Shown here: in pieces, positions 1-11,126 of the stretch
Layout: the number at the start of each line of letters is the position of its first letter
How positions within the stretch are numbered: position 1 is the stretch's first letter
DNA from: Tetramitus jugosus
Lineage: Eukaryota; Protista; Heterolobosea
Direction: 5' to 3'
DNA length: 64,000 nt
Assembly (NCBI GenBank): GCA_937625935.1
Contig: OW569377.1
Location: 186,001-250,000 of the forward strand
Notes under the pieces: generated by a model
What the model saw: the letters and a program-made list of their open reading frames with translations, nothing else
The model's database searches: none
Told to the model about the DNA's origin: nothing
Made by a program: the position numbers and the translations under genes

Positions 1-142
1 TGTTAACGCTATGTCACGAACGGTTCGTGAGGACCGATAGGGTCGTAGACCTCCAATCTGCTCGAATCACATTTTACGATCGGGTTGCTCGATGCCCGAT
101 TGCAAATTCCATATCGAGTTACTTCCATTTCTGCTCTACCGG

Positions 143-2328
143 TTCGGGACAACAGGTAGTGGAAAGACTTTCACAATCAGTGGAGAAGGTATGTATTTTG
201 TTACTGAAAGAGTTTAGAATTCATTCTAATACCCTATACAGACTCAGATAGACAATTGAGAGGAATTTTGCCTCGATGTGGAGAGTATCTCTTCAAACAG
301 ATTCAACATCTCTCAAGAGAGTCTAATCACCAATCATTTCATTGCAAATACAAAGTTAGAGTTTCCTATCTCGAGATTTGGAACGAGCATATTAATGATT
401 TGCTCAACTTGGAGTCTACCAATTTACCTGTTCGATGGAGCAATCAAGAGGGCTTCTTTGTAGAGAATTTATATGTAATTCAGTGCGAAGATATAGAGGA
501 CTACATGGTTATTTTGAATGAGGGAGTATCGAATCGAAGAGTAGCCTCTCATGACTTAAATGTAGATAGTAGTAGATCTCACAGTATTTTCACAGTTTAT
601 ATCGATATCGAATACACGGACGATAGTGAAATGGTTGTAGCAAAGAAGGGAAAAATTCAGATTGTTGATTTGGCGGGCAGTGAGAGGCTGAAGGAGTCGA
701 ATAGTAGTGGGGGAACAGCCGTGGAGACAGGTCATATCAACAAGAGTTTATTGACGCTGGGAAAGGTGATTAATGTGTTGAGTGATCCGAGAAAGACGGG
801 AGACAATAGTTATGTTCCATACAGAGACTCTAAGCTCACAATGTTATTGATGGATAGCATCGGAGGATCTAGCAAAACTGTTATGATTGCTTGCGTAACA
901 CCGAGTGTTTTGTATACCGAGGAAACTTATAATACTCTGCTATATGCCAAGAGAGTGAAGAATATTAAGAACAAACCAATCATCAACATTGATCCTCATG
1001 AAGCCTATGTACTGGAGCTGAAGGGTCAAATAAAATCATTGCAAGAGGAGTTAGCACATATGAGAACATCTGTTGCTTCTTCCTCTGAGACACAGTATAA
1101 CACATGGAGGAACCATGAGGAACGAACAGAGGCGCCACCAAGTTATATTGAATCGATACAAAACGATAGAGTGCCACCACTAACGTAAGTATACCTCTAA
1201 AGTGAATTGGAACCACACTCTTCTAACTCTGGCCATTCTTTCAGGATCACACGGACTCAGGATGAAGGATTGAGACTTCCCCCAATAGGAAAGAAAACTT
1301 ACTATCCAGAGCTGAGTAGCCCTCTACCCAGAGAGATTGATGTTCAAACTGACCGGAGGAAAGCTCGTATGTACGGGAAAATGGGAGAGACATACTGTCA
1401 TGATTCACTGGAGAGAGAACCATTTCCAGTACTAAAACACTCAACACACTCAACACACACCGATCCTCAGTATATGGACTTTTTAACTGTCAAGATGAGA
1501 ATGGAGGAAGAGATTCAGAACCTTCGGAACACTGTACATATTCACAAATCAAAGGGATACAATAGTGATGATTCTAGATTTTCGAGTGCAAGATCTTCAA
1601 GATCACACGTATCATACCCGGGAAGTGAATCCAACGGTGAAGTGAAACATGAAGAACAAATGAAAAAGGAATTATTGATGCTTAGAAATGAGAATTTAAC
1701 ACTGCGGAGATTGTGTCATGAGCAAGGGATCGCCATTCCATCTGACCTAACCCTCATTGTTGATTCCGATGTGAAACCAGTGAGTCAACCAGCAGAGAAA
1801 TGCAATGACCACCAACAACAATCTGATATCGCCTCTGCAAGGAAGAAACCAGAGAGACCAAGACCGAGGAAACAACCTGAACTACAACCGTTTGGAGGAA
1901 TTAATCAGTTAGGAAGAATGACATCGGGCGGGGAAGAAACCAACTTGGAAAAGCACATTGCACCCCAATCGCTCCGACAACCTCAATCTCTACGCCATGA
2001 AAGAGAACCAGCACGGGATACTATAGAGGATAGAAAGCGATCACCCTCCTCGGCTGGTAGTTCGAGAAGTCAGAGGTCCCATTCGGCCGCCTCATCATTA
2101 CAAGTAGAGACCAAAGCTGTGGAAACACCTGCCGATTTGATTCCGATGCAAGAAGATTCAGCCACCATGGGAAAGGAAGAACCACAAGATTCAGAGAATG
2201 GACTCAAATCAGAAGAAGAAGAACATTGTTCATCAAAAGAGCTAGTGACACCATTGGACACCAACTCGCGCACAGAAGAACCATCCCGACCACCGCCACC
2301 ACCCGATTCGGAGGTTATGGAACTTTGA
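143..2328 (+). CDS. Kinesin motor protein, most like kinesin-16/KIF12; 5' end unresolved at window edge; introns 189-241 and 1185-1244
   Basis: P-loop GTTGSGKTFT (146-175), YLEIWNE, SSRSHSIF, VDLAGSER, HINKSLLTLG and VPYRDSKLT motifs. GTATGT..CAG and GTAAGT..CAG introns join the ORFs in frame. LPVRWS...GFFVENL resembles KIF12. Confidence 0.88.
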
Positions 2329-2593
2329 AAACTGTAAAAGGGAAACGCTTGACTATTCCCAGTCAAGCAAAATCTTGGTCCATCACGTATCATTCGGTTA
2401 ATTTTAGCTCATCCAACAATACCCCAACGAGAAGCCCCCTGTGTGAAAAGAACTCGAGCGACCCCATCACCACGGAGCACACACGAAACAAAAAAACAAA
2501 AACATAAACGAAACAACAAACTCCTCCGTACATACCACATCATTATCCCCCCCTATTATCAAAATCAACAATCAAATATTTTTTTTTCGCAAC

Positions 2594-5500
2594 ATGTCAA
2601 CAACAATAACAACAACAACAACAACATATGCAACAGATACCATCTATCTGTTCATCAATGGTCAAAAACATATTGTAGTGAGACCTGAACCAGACACCTC
2701 ACTCATTCAATACCTGCGCTCCAAGAATCTCACTGGTACGAAACTAGGTTGCAATGAAGGTGGATGTGGTGCATGTACAGTCATGCTCTCACACTATGAC
2801 TTGGCACTTGATCGAGTAGTGAATCGATCAGTCAACGCATGTCTCATGCCACTGTTATCATGTGATTCATGTGCAGTGGTGACTGTGGAGGGCATTGGCT
2901 CTTCACGTGACACACTTCACTTGATTCAGGAGAGAATCAAAGAGTACAATGGATCACAGTGTGGTTTCTGTACACCTGGCATTGTTATGAGTCTGTATAC
3001 ATTGTTGAGAAATGAACCGAGACCATCATTGGAACAGATTGAACAGTGCTTGGATGGTAATTTGTGTCGCTGCACTGGTTATCGACCTATATTGGATGCT
3101 GCAAGGACATTGGTCAATGCATCATCATCATCATCATCATGTTGTGGTGGTGCAAGTAGTGTAGGTGGTGGTGGTGGTGGTGGTTGCTGTGGTGGTGGTA
3201 ACAAGAGTGGTGGTGGTGGTGGTGGCTGTTGCATGGACAATACTCCAACTACTACTACTACTACTACTGATGACTCATCAACAACAACAACCGAAACATC
3301 AACAACCGAAACATCAACAGAAGAAGCAAAAGAAGAACAAGAAGAAGAAGAATACGTCTTTGGACTAAATGGTCAAAAACACTTCATCTTTCCACCCATG
3401 CTCAAGAATAGACAAGTGTTGGAAGAGTTGAATGGTCGTGACATACACATCAAGGGTGAACGAGTCGAATGGTTCCGACCCAGTTCACTCGAATCTCTCA
3501 TCCGATACAAGACTCAACTCTTGGAGGAGAGAAGACGTGGATTGCACCAGAACAAGATCAAGTACGTCATTGGTAATTCTGAGATTGCTATTGAGACACG
3601 AATGAAACACTTTCAATATCCGATTCTCGTTGCACCGACTCACATTTCTCAATTGTTGACCATTACACCTACAGTGTTCCATGCGGCGGATGATGACGAC
3701 GACGTACAAGAGGCAAGTATTTCAAACTTGGTTCGCATCATTAATCAGACTCATGAAGAGAGAGCACAAGAAGCAGCAGCAGCAGCAGTGAATGGTAGTG
3801 GTGATGGTAGTGATGGTGTCAATGGTCTCTGGGTAGGCAGTTCCACCACCATTTCTCAATTGCAACAACAGTGTCAATCACTCATCAAGCAATATGAGCA
3901 ACAGAATGAATCACACAAGACACGTGGATTGCAGTCCATTGTAGATCAATTGAGATGGTTTGCATCGACTCCTATTCGTAATGCTGCCTCAGTCGGTGGC
4001 AATCTCATTACTGCTTCACCTATTGGAGACTTGGCACCCATTTACATGTGCATGAACGCTACAGGATTGGTGTTCAACGTGTTGACTCAACAGTACAGAA
4101 CAGTGCGCATTCGAAAATTCTTTCTCGATTATCGATTGGTTGATGTGAGTGAAGAAGAAGTGTTTGTCGGTCTGTTTATTCCATTCTGCTCACAAGAGCA
4201 CGAATATGTCAAATCGTTCAAACAGTCCAGAAGAAGAGAAGACGATATTGCCATTGTCAATGGTGGTATGAGAATGATTGTCGATGGTGTCCTGAATTCA
4301 TCATCATCATCATCATCATCCTCTAGTAGTGCTGTGCCTACCATTTCACTCGTCTCATTGAACTTTGGAGGCATGAACAAGTATGCTGTATCGGCACCAA
4401 AGACTGAACAAGCACTGTTGAATCAACCACTGTTCCATCCAAAGACATTTGACAATGCACTCGAAGTGTTGAAGCAGGAGATTGCACTGAGTCCAATGGC
4501 ACCTGGTGGAATGATCGAGTACAGACAAGCACTGTGCTACTCCTTCTTCTTCAAGTTTTATCAATATGTGCTCTCTCAGGTCATGACTGCCATGCAACAA
4601 CCACAAACACAACAACCTCAACAACCAGTCTCTGAGGAGCAACAAGAACAACCACAACAAGAACACACAACGGATCATTCCCTGTTTGACAAGTCGTCAC
4701 AGCTGGACTTGTTGAGAACAAGACACTATCCATCAGGTAATCAACAGTACACGCTCAAGAAGACGGGAACCAGTGTCGGTGATCCAGAAAAGCACACATG
4801 GGCTCACTTGCAAGTCACTGGTGAAGCCAAGTACTTGGATGACATTCAGTCAACAAGCGGTGAATTGCACGCTCATCTCGTTCTCACCACTGTACCACTC
4901 GCAAAGATTGTTCACGTGGATATCAGCAGAGCAGAAGAACATCCAGGATTCCGGGGCTACGTTGACGCATCAGATGTCCCAGGTGTCAACACTGTGGGCG
5001 CAGTCATCAATGACGAAGAATTGTTTGTGACCGAGTGGAGCAAGAGCACAGGTCAAATGATTGGTATCATTTTGGCCGATACGCCAACTCATGCACGATA
5101 CTTGGCCAACTTGGTCCAAGTCAAGTATGACACGAGTGATTTGCCACATGAGCCACTGTTGACCATACAGGACGCCATTCGACACAACTCTTACCAGGGA
5201 GACAACAATGAACTGTACAAGGGCAATGTTCAAGAATTGATTGAAAGAGCAAAGCAAGACACTGAACAGTATGAGATTGTGAGCGGTGATTTGCAAATGG
5301 GAGGTCAAGAACACTTTTATTTGGAGACGAATGGAACGTTGGCCATTCCGGGTGAACAAGACGAAATGACAGTCATCTCCAGCATTCAAAATTTGACAAA
5401 GACTCAGAATTTGATTGCCAAGGTGTTGCACGTTGATGCATCCAAGATTATTAGCAAGGCAAAGCGTATTGGTGGTGGATTCGGTGGTAAGGAAACTCGT

Positions 5501-7294
5501 GGTTCCTTCTTTTCTGCTGCCATTGCTGTTGCAGCACGCAAGTATAGAAGCCCTGTTCGTTTCATCTTGGACCGTGACATTGATATGAGCATCAGTGGTC
5601 AGCGTCATCCATTCTACTACAAGTACACTGCCGTGTACAACAAGCAGAGTGCAAAGATTGAAGGTTTGCACTGTGAAATGTACTGCAACGGTGGTTACTC
5701 ACTCGATTTGTCTCAATCAGTCATGGATCGTGCACTGTTGAGTTTTGACAATGTGTACAACATTCCACACATGGCACTCATTGGTCGCGTCTGTCTCACT
5801 AACATGCCTAGCAACACTGCATTCAGAGGATTCGGTGGTCCACAGGGCATGCTCATCATGGAACACATTATCGATCACGTGTCCTCCAATGTTCACTTGA
5901 AGCAAACAACCACTGATGTGCCAACCACTGCAATGGTTGAAACACCACTACCACCACTGTTGGATGCCCAGGGTGTCAAACTGAGAAGCAACATGCTGTA
6001 TCAGGAGGGTGATCACACTCACTATGGTCAACTGTTGGACGCCAATCGTATTGATCCACTGTGGAACCGTGTGGCCTCTGCTTCCAACTATGAACAGAGA
6101 CTGCAATCCGTTCAACAGTTTAACAAGCAACATCGATACAAGAAGCGTGGTATCTACATGATTCCAACAAAGTACGGCATCAGTTTCACTGCCAGTTTCT
6201 TGAATCAGGGCGGTGCGCTCGTTCACATTTATCATGTCGATGGCAGTGTGCTCGTGACTCACGGCGGTATCGAAATGGGTCAGGGATTACACACAAAGGT
6301 GGCCCAGTGCGCAGCCAGCACACTCGGTGTTCCACTGTCCAAGGTGTTCATTTCAGAGACATCGACCGACAAGGTACCCAACTCATCACCTACGGCAGCC
6401 AGTGTCGGTAGTGATTTGTATGGTGGAGCCGTAGTGGACGCATGCAGACAATTGAATGAACGATTAGAGTCACTAAAGAAGGAACTAGAGGAGAAGAATG
6501 GAGGACAGCCAGTCGAATGGGCCACACTTGTCAATCAAGCGTACATGAGACAAATCAATCTCAGTGCTCAAGGCTTCTACAAGACACCTGATTTGCACAT
6601 GAATTGGAAGAGTGGTCAAGGAAGACCATTTTCATACTTTACCTATGGTACAGCGTGCTCCGAAGTCGAAGTGGACACATTGACTGGTGACATGCATGTG
6701 ATACAGACGGATATTGTGATGGATGTGGGTGACTCGTTGAATCCAACCATTGACATTGGTCAGATTGAAGGTGCATTCACACAGGGACTCGGTCTCTTTA
6801 CGATCGAAGAAATGATTTGGGGAGATTCTGCGCACAAGTGGATTCGCCCTGGAACACTGTTCAGCAGAGGTCCCGGTGTCTACAAGATTCCATCCTTTAA
6901 CGACGTTCCAGTCACTCTCAATGTTCACTTGCTGGAGAATGCACCTAATCAGCACGCCGTGTACAGAAGCAAGGCTGTTGGTGAACCACCATTGTTCTTG
7001 GCTGCTTCCGTCTTCTTTGCTATCAAGGATGCCATTCGAAGTGCCAGAGAAGACTATTGGATCAAGGATCGTGGCCTGGCTCTCAGTGCATTCGATCCTT
7101 ATTTTGCATTCGACAGTCCTGCCACTCCAGAGAGAATTCGTATGGCATGTTGCGATTCCATCACAGAATCCTTGATGAGCGCAGATGATGCCGGCAATCG
7201 ATTCCTGAGCCACTTGGACGATGTGCAACAAAACAATAAGGAACTATGGGAGCAGATCAAGACTTTGCATTACAGACCACAAGGTTCCTTCTAA
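2594..7294 (+). CDS. XDH: Xanthine dehydrogenase/oxidase (molybdo-flavoenzyme), single exon
   Basis: 2Fe-2S motifs GCNEGGCGAC, QCGFCTPG and GNLCRCTGYRP; FAD domain IRNAASVGGN; Moco domain GGGFGGKE, AFRGFGGPQG and catalytic SKAVGEPP. Confidence 0.97.
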   Translation: MSTTITTTTTTYATDTIYLFINGQKHIVVRPEPDTSLIQYLRSKNLTGTKLGCNEGGCGACTVMLSHYDLALDRVVNRSVNACLMPLLSCDSCAVVTVEGIGSSRDTLHLIQERIKEYNGSQCGFCTPGIVMSLYTLLRNEPRPSLEQIEQCLDGNLCRCTGYRPILDAARTLVNASSSSSSCCGGASSVGGGGGGGCCGGGNKSGGGGGGCCMDNTPTTTTTTTDDSSTTTTETSTTETSTEEAKEEQEEEEYVFGLNGQKHFIFPPMLKNRQVLEELNGRDIHIKGERVEWFRPSSLESLIRYKTQLLEERRRGLHQNKIKYVIGNSEIAIETRMKHFQYPILVAPTHISQLLTITPTVFHAADDDDDVQEASISNLVRIINQTHEERAQEAAAAAVNGSGDGSDGVNGLWVGSSTTISQLQQQCQSLIKQYEQQNESHKTRGLQSIVDQLRWFASTPIRNAASVGGNLITASPIGDLAPIYMCMNATGLVFNVLTQQYRTVRIRKFFLDYRLVDVSEEEVFVGLFIPFCSQEHEYVKSFKQSRRREDDIAIVNGGMRMIVDGVLNSSSSSSSSSSSAVPTISLVSLNFGGMNKYAVSAPKTEQALLNQPLFHPKTFDNALEVLKQEIALSPMAPGGMIEYRQALCYSFFFKFYQYVLSQVMTAMQQPQTQQPQQPVSEEQQEQPQQEHTTDHSLFDKSSQLDLLRTRHYPSGNQQYTLKKTGTSVGDPEKHTWAHLQVTGEAKYLDDIQSTSGELHAHLVLTTVPLAKIVHVDISRAEEHPGFRGYVDASDVPGVNTVGAVINDEELFVTEWSKSTGQMIGIILADTPTHARYLANLVQVKYDTSDLPHEPLLTIQDAIRHNSYQGDNNELYKGNVQELIERAKQDTEQYEIVSGDLQMGGQEHFYLETNGTLAIPGEQDEMTVISSIQNLTKTQNLIAKVLHVDASKIISKAKRIGGGFGGKETRGSFFSAAIAVAARKYRSPVRFILDRDIDMSISGQRHPFYYKYTAVYNKQSAKIEGLHCEMYCNGGYSLDLSQSVMDRALLSFDNVYNIPHMALIGRVCLTNMPSNTAFRGFGGPQGMLIMEHIIDHVSSNVHLKQTTTDVPTTAMVETPLPPLLDAQGVKLRSNMLYQEGDHTHYGQLLDANRIDPLWNRVASASNYEQRLQSVQQFNKQHRYKKRGIYMIPTKYGISFTASFLNQGGALVHIYHVDGSVLVTHGGIEMGQGLHTKVAQCAASTLGVPLSKVFISETSTDKVPNSSPTAASVGSDLYGGAVVDACRQLNERLESLKKELEEKNGGQPVEWATLVNQAYMRQINLSAQGFYKTPDLHMNWKSGQGRPFSYFTYGTACSEVEVDTLTGDMHVIQTDIVMDVGDSLNPTIDIGQIEGAFTQGLGLFTIEEMIWGDSAHKWIRPGTLFSRGPGVYKIPSFNDVPVTLNVHLLENAPNQHAVYRSKAVGEPPLFLAASVFFAIKDAIRSAREDYWIKDRGLALSAFDPYFAFDSPATPERIRMACCDSITESLMSADDAGNRFLSHLDDVQQNNKELWEQIKTLHYRPQGSF

Positions 7295-8436
7295 ATAAAC
7301 AAACAATGAAACTTGTCTATCTGCTTGTCGTATGTTAAGCTTGGCTGAAAACATTAAGTCTTTCCGAGCTTCCTGAAGGCCAACACTCAGAGATTGATTA
7401 CAGATGCACAATCAAAGCTATCACCCATTGCATCTGTGTTTGGGAGACGAGTGCCACTGCACGCAGACTCGCCTGACACACTATCATTATTATCTTGACC
7501 ATCTCACAATATGAATTCTACCAGAGATCATTGGATTGGGCAATTTTAGGTAGACGCAACTTGGTAAATTAAAAACAACGATTTTGAGCGGAGCGTAACA
7601 GCGAAGTGTGTGAACAGTTTTACACGCCGTTCTGGTTGTACAAAATTCGTAATTATTGTCGTATGGTTAGTTAACTTATTAATCAGATTAAAATTCAGTT
7701 AGATTAAGAACAATTAATTCCGATCCATTTAGATTACAATTATGTGTCATTCGAACAAACATAACGCATGTTAAAAATTTCCGTTGAATAATTATTGCTA
7801 CCTGACAAAAACTCCATCATTCCCACTTCATTTAATGAACCTTGAACGTGGCGAGGATGCTAGTGGCTTTGGTCGTTGAAATCGATGGCACCTTTGATTC
7901 TTCTGGTGAAACAGGTCTCCAAGGCCAAAAGGTCTGACCAATGTAAGGGAAGTCTGCAAAAAAGTTGTTGGTCGAGAGGTGGAGAGTGATGTAGTTAAAA
8001 GTCGTCTCACTATAATGAGTTTTGAATTATCAATCGGCTCTCGCTCTACATAGCTATCACAGTTGTGAGGTTCATGCTCAAGTGAATTGAATATATGAAA
8101 CACTTTATGTCACAATGTGGCTCACCCAAATTGCGGATTGATGAGTAGGCGAAAGTTAAGAAGCTTTACACTGTGCATCCGGTACTTGGGCGGCGTCAAG
8201 CAGTGTGTTACGGGAACCTGTGACACACCGGCGGAGTCCAAACTATTGTTCGAGAACTGACAGATCCCACAACCACAGAAGCTGCATTTGAGATGAGCTC
8301 CACTCTTCTCCTAAAAAGTACTTTAATTATAAAGAGAGGAAGTCTCGAGATGCAATTGTCATCAGAAAAAGAGAAGATTGGCTCTTGTGAAGAAAGATAG
8401 AAAAGACTGTTTGGTTTTAACAAAAAATCTTCAAGT

Positions 8437-9708
8437 TTAATGAGATTTCTGGCTAGTGGCAGGTCCAAGTGCCATCTGATCCAAATGATCCAAATGCTTC
8501 TTGAGCGCAATCCAAGCAGTATCACTCAAATTGTAATTCACATTGTGCTTCTTGCACATTTGATACACAATCGGTTGCAACGTTCTCAAATGCCAATGAT
8601 TGACACCAGGGAACAAGTGATGTTCAATCTGGAGATTCAACCCACCAGTGAACAAGAACCAAAACAGACTGTCTGGAGCAAAAGTATGACTGGTCATGAC
8701 TTGATGCTTGTACCAATCCTTGCTAAATTGACCTTGATTGTCACCTGTAATGTGATTCAACTGACTAGAGAAGGCAAAACAGTAACCCATGGTACCATAT
8801 GGAATGACTGACCAAACAAAAGCTTTGGTCCATGAGAGGTGTGGATTAAAGAATGGCCACACATAAATGGTGAAAAACGTCAAGAAACGACCTGCATAGT
8901 GCAATCGTCTTCTATTCTTTGTAATGGGCATCATTTTGACCACCTTGTGATAATTTCCATTCAAAAAGAATACAAAATCAATCAAAAAGGCCAAAGACAT
9001 TGCCATGTTGGTCCAAATGAACCAAACATAATATCTTTGCCACCTATACCAATTGTACCAACGAGCATTCTCGTGATACTTCCACAAATAAGTTCCATGA
9101 TGCATATCAGGATCCTTTCTGTGAATATTGGTATAAATGTGATGACCTATCACATGTTGATGATACCATGTGAATGGTGAAGTGATCCATGGAAACATGT
9201 AGCTCCAGTAGTGATTCACCCGCCAATTCATACTGAGCGCAAAATGTGTTCCATCGTGCAACACATTTACAGCGCTCATCCACAGCAATAGGGGGAAAAG
9301 AATGAGCGCCAAGTAATTGCCGTGCAAAAATGGGATGAAGGAGACCCCCGTCATCAACATGAGCGCTACAATTTGGCCCCAACGACCCCAAGTGGCCTTT
9401 GTTCCGCTCCTTTTCAGAATGGGCGACACAATACCCTTCAATTCTTCAAAAAACTCGGATTTTGTGTTCCAGTCAAACACTGCTTCTTCTTCCAATTGTT
9501 CCTTGCTCTTTAATTCAGCATCATTACCTGCCGCCTTTACTTCATACTTGTTCAAAACAGCTTCAGCTTTGGCCAATGAAAAGGGATGATAGGATCGAAA
9601 GAGACCAGTGGCATCCTTGTTTGGTTCCTTACCGAGCGAGAGTGCAATTGGACCTCCAGGATGGTTAAAATTGTTCAAGTCATAGGTTTTTCCGTTAATG
9701 TACCACAT
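8437..9708 (-). CDS. Front-end (delta5/delta6-type) fatty acid desaturase with N-terminal cytochrome b5 domain
   Basis: HPGG heme motif; His boxes HDGTH, QHVIGHH and QIEHH; transmembrane segments. Confidence 0.93.
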   Translation of the reverse strand: MWYINGKTYDLNNFNHPGGPIALSLGKEPNKDATGLFRSYHPFSLAKAEAVLNKYEVKAAGNDAELKSKEQLEEEAVFDWNTKSEFFEELKGIVSPILKRSGTKATWGRWGQIVALMLMTGVSFIPFLHGNYLALILFPLLLWMSAVNVLHDGTHFALSMNWRVNHYWSYMFPWITSPFTWYHQHVIGHHIYTNIHRKDPDMHHGTYLWKYHENARWYNWYRWQRYYVWFIWTNMAMSLAFLIDFVFFLNGNYHKVVKMMPITKNRRRLHYAGRFLTFFTIYVWPFFNPHLSWTKAFVWSVIPYGTMGYCFAFSSQLNHITGDNQGQFSKDWYKHQVMTSHTFAPDSLFWFLFTGGLNLQIEHHLFPGVNHWHLRTLQPIVYQMCKKHNVNYNLSDTAWIALKKHLDHLDQMALGPATSQKSH

Positions 9709-11126
9709 GTTTGTTGTATAGTTGTTTGTGTTTGAGAGAAAGCTCTAGTCTTGAAAAAGCTTTTTCAATCGTTTGTGTGTAGTCCAGTTAGTTGGTTAGT
9801 TCTAAGAGTTGTGTAGTTTTGGTTAGTTACTTGGTTTGTGTTAAGAAGAATAAACAACTGAGAATTTAACACAAGCTCTTTCCAGCACACATCATCGAGT
9901 TATGACCTAGTCTGTAAACGAAAGAAGATCGTCTGCTGAAATTCCTATGTGTGGTTTGGTTGTATTCCATCACCCCACCTCTGGTGTCCGAAATGACATC
10001 AAACACTACAAGGCGATAAAAACATTTCCGAAGTGTGAGGGAGATGCTGGAATAAGGGCACAAACGGAATGCTGGAATAACAAAGGAGAAGTTTAATGAA
10101 TCCGCGCTTGCTGTTCGCATCGAGCATTGCAGAGTGGCGTATTTTGGAGCTCCGCAATTCCTTCATTGTGAAACATATGGCGTCTCTGGGAATATAAAGG
10201 ATCTCAATCTCGAGAAAGGCAATTGAAGCTTCCATGTGGGTGCTTGTTATCGTTTTTGTGATTGACGAGCAACTACAACAAACCAACTAGTTGCTGTCCG
10301 ACCTGGATCCTAACCAATGTTGCACAAGAAGGCACTGAAATGCACAACCGTCCAACTCTGTAAAGTGTAATGTGGTTAGCGCTGTGTGTTGGGATCCTCA
10401 CTCCACTCTCCCTTCAGAGTGCCCCTTATGGCATCCTACCTCAAACCTATGCCACCACACTGGACAAGAGCAACACAATCAAATCATGCGTGATCGATTA
10501 AGGTCCATTCACAAGAGGAGAAGGGCGGTAGTCATCAGTATGATTGTGCTTCCACTTGTTGTTGCTCCACTCTTAATGTTCGCTGTATTGGGTCTCATTC
10601 GATTGTCACACTTAACCATGATTCCATCCATCTTGTGTGCATGCTTGTTGCTGTCATCGCACCTCCAGTTTATACTCAAGAACTATGACACAGACAAGGG
10701 CTTTGGAAAGTTTTATGCATGGGCGACAAGACCTGCTGATTTTTCCAATGATGGTCCAGTGATTGAATTCGCTCGACAATGATCTTTAAGATGCTTGGAC
10801 CCGCCCAGAGATAAGCCGATTCAGAGAACTCGTTCAGCTCCTTCAGGATAAGTCCCATACACCCAATAAAACTCTTTGGTCAATAGACAATTCTTTACTC
10901 CAGGTGCAATAGAATTAGAATGCTTTCTATCAGTCGTATTCTGTCAGTGGATGATAATGTGGTTGGTAATACATGATTGGTTGTGGATAAGTACTACTTG
11001 TGGTGGACTCGTTTGACTGCTGCTGTTGCCGCTGTAGTGGTGGATAATGGAGATGACTGCTGGTGCCAAGTTTGAGATTCACATCTGTGACACTGCCTTA
11101 TCAATAATTTTCAATGTGATAATTAA

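Noticed and set aside
3-20. TTAACGCTATGTCACGAA resembles the piggyBac TIR with TTAA
   Set aside because: The match is short and imperfect, lies at the window edge, and has no partner end.
3121-3350. Poly-S/G/T/E and CC-G repeats within XDH, and similar tracts in SYF1, EFR3 and the SET protein
   Set aside because: Trinucleotide expansions in linkers occur throughout the window, and catalytic motifs are intact.
4970-7231. Long antisense ORFs opposite XDH, and likewise opposite DnaJ, uL22 and CHD
   Set aside because: Shadow ORFs caused by codon bias; no motifs.
7295-8436. Long intergenic region with short ORFs
   Set aside because: No recognisable domain, terminal repeats or RNA motif.
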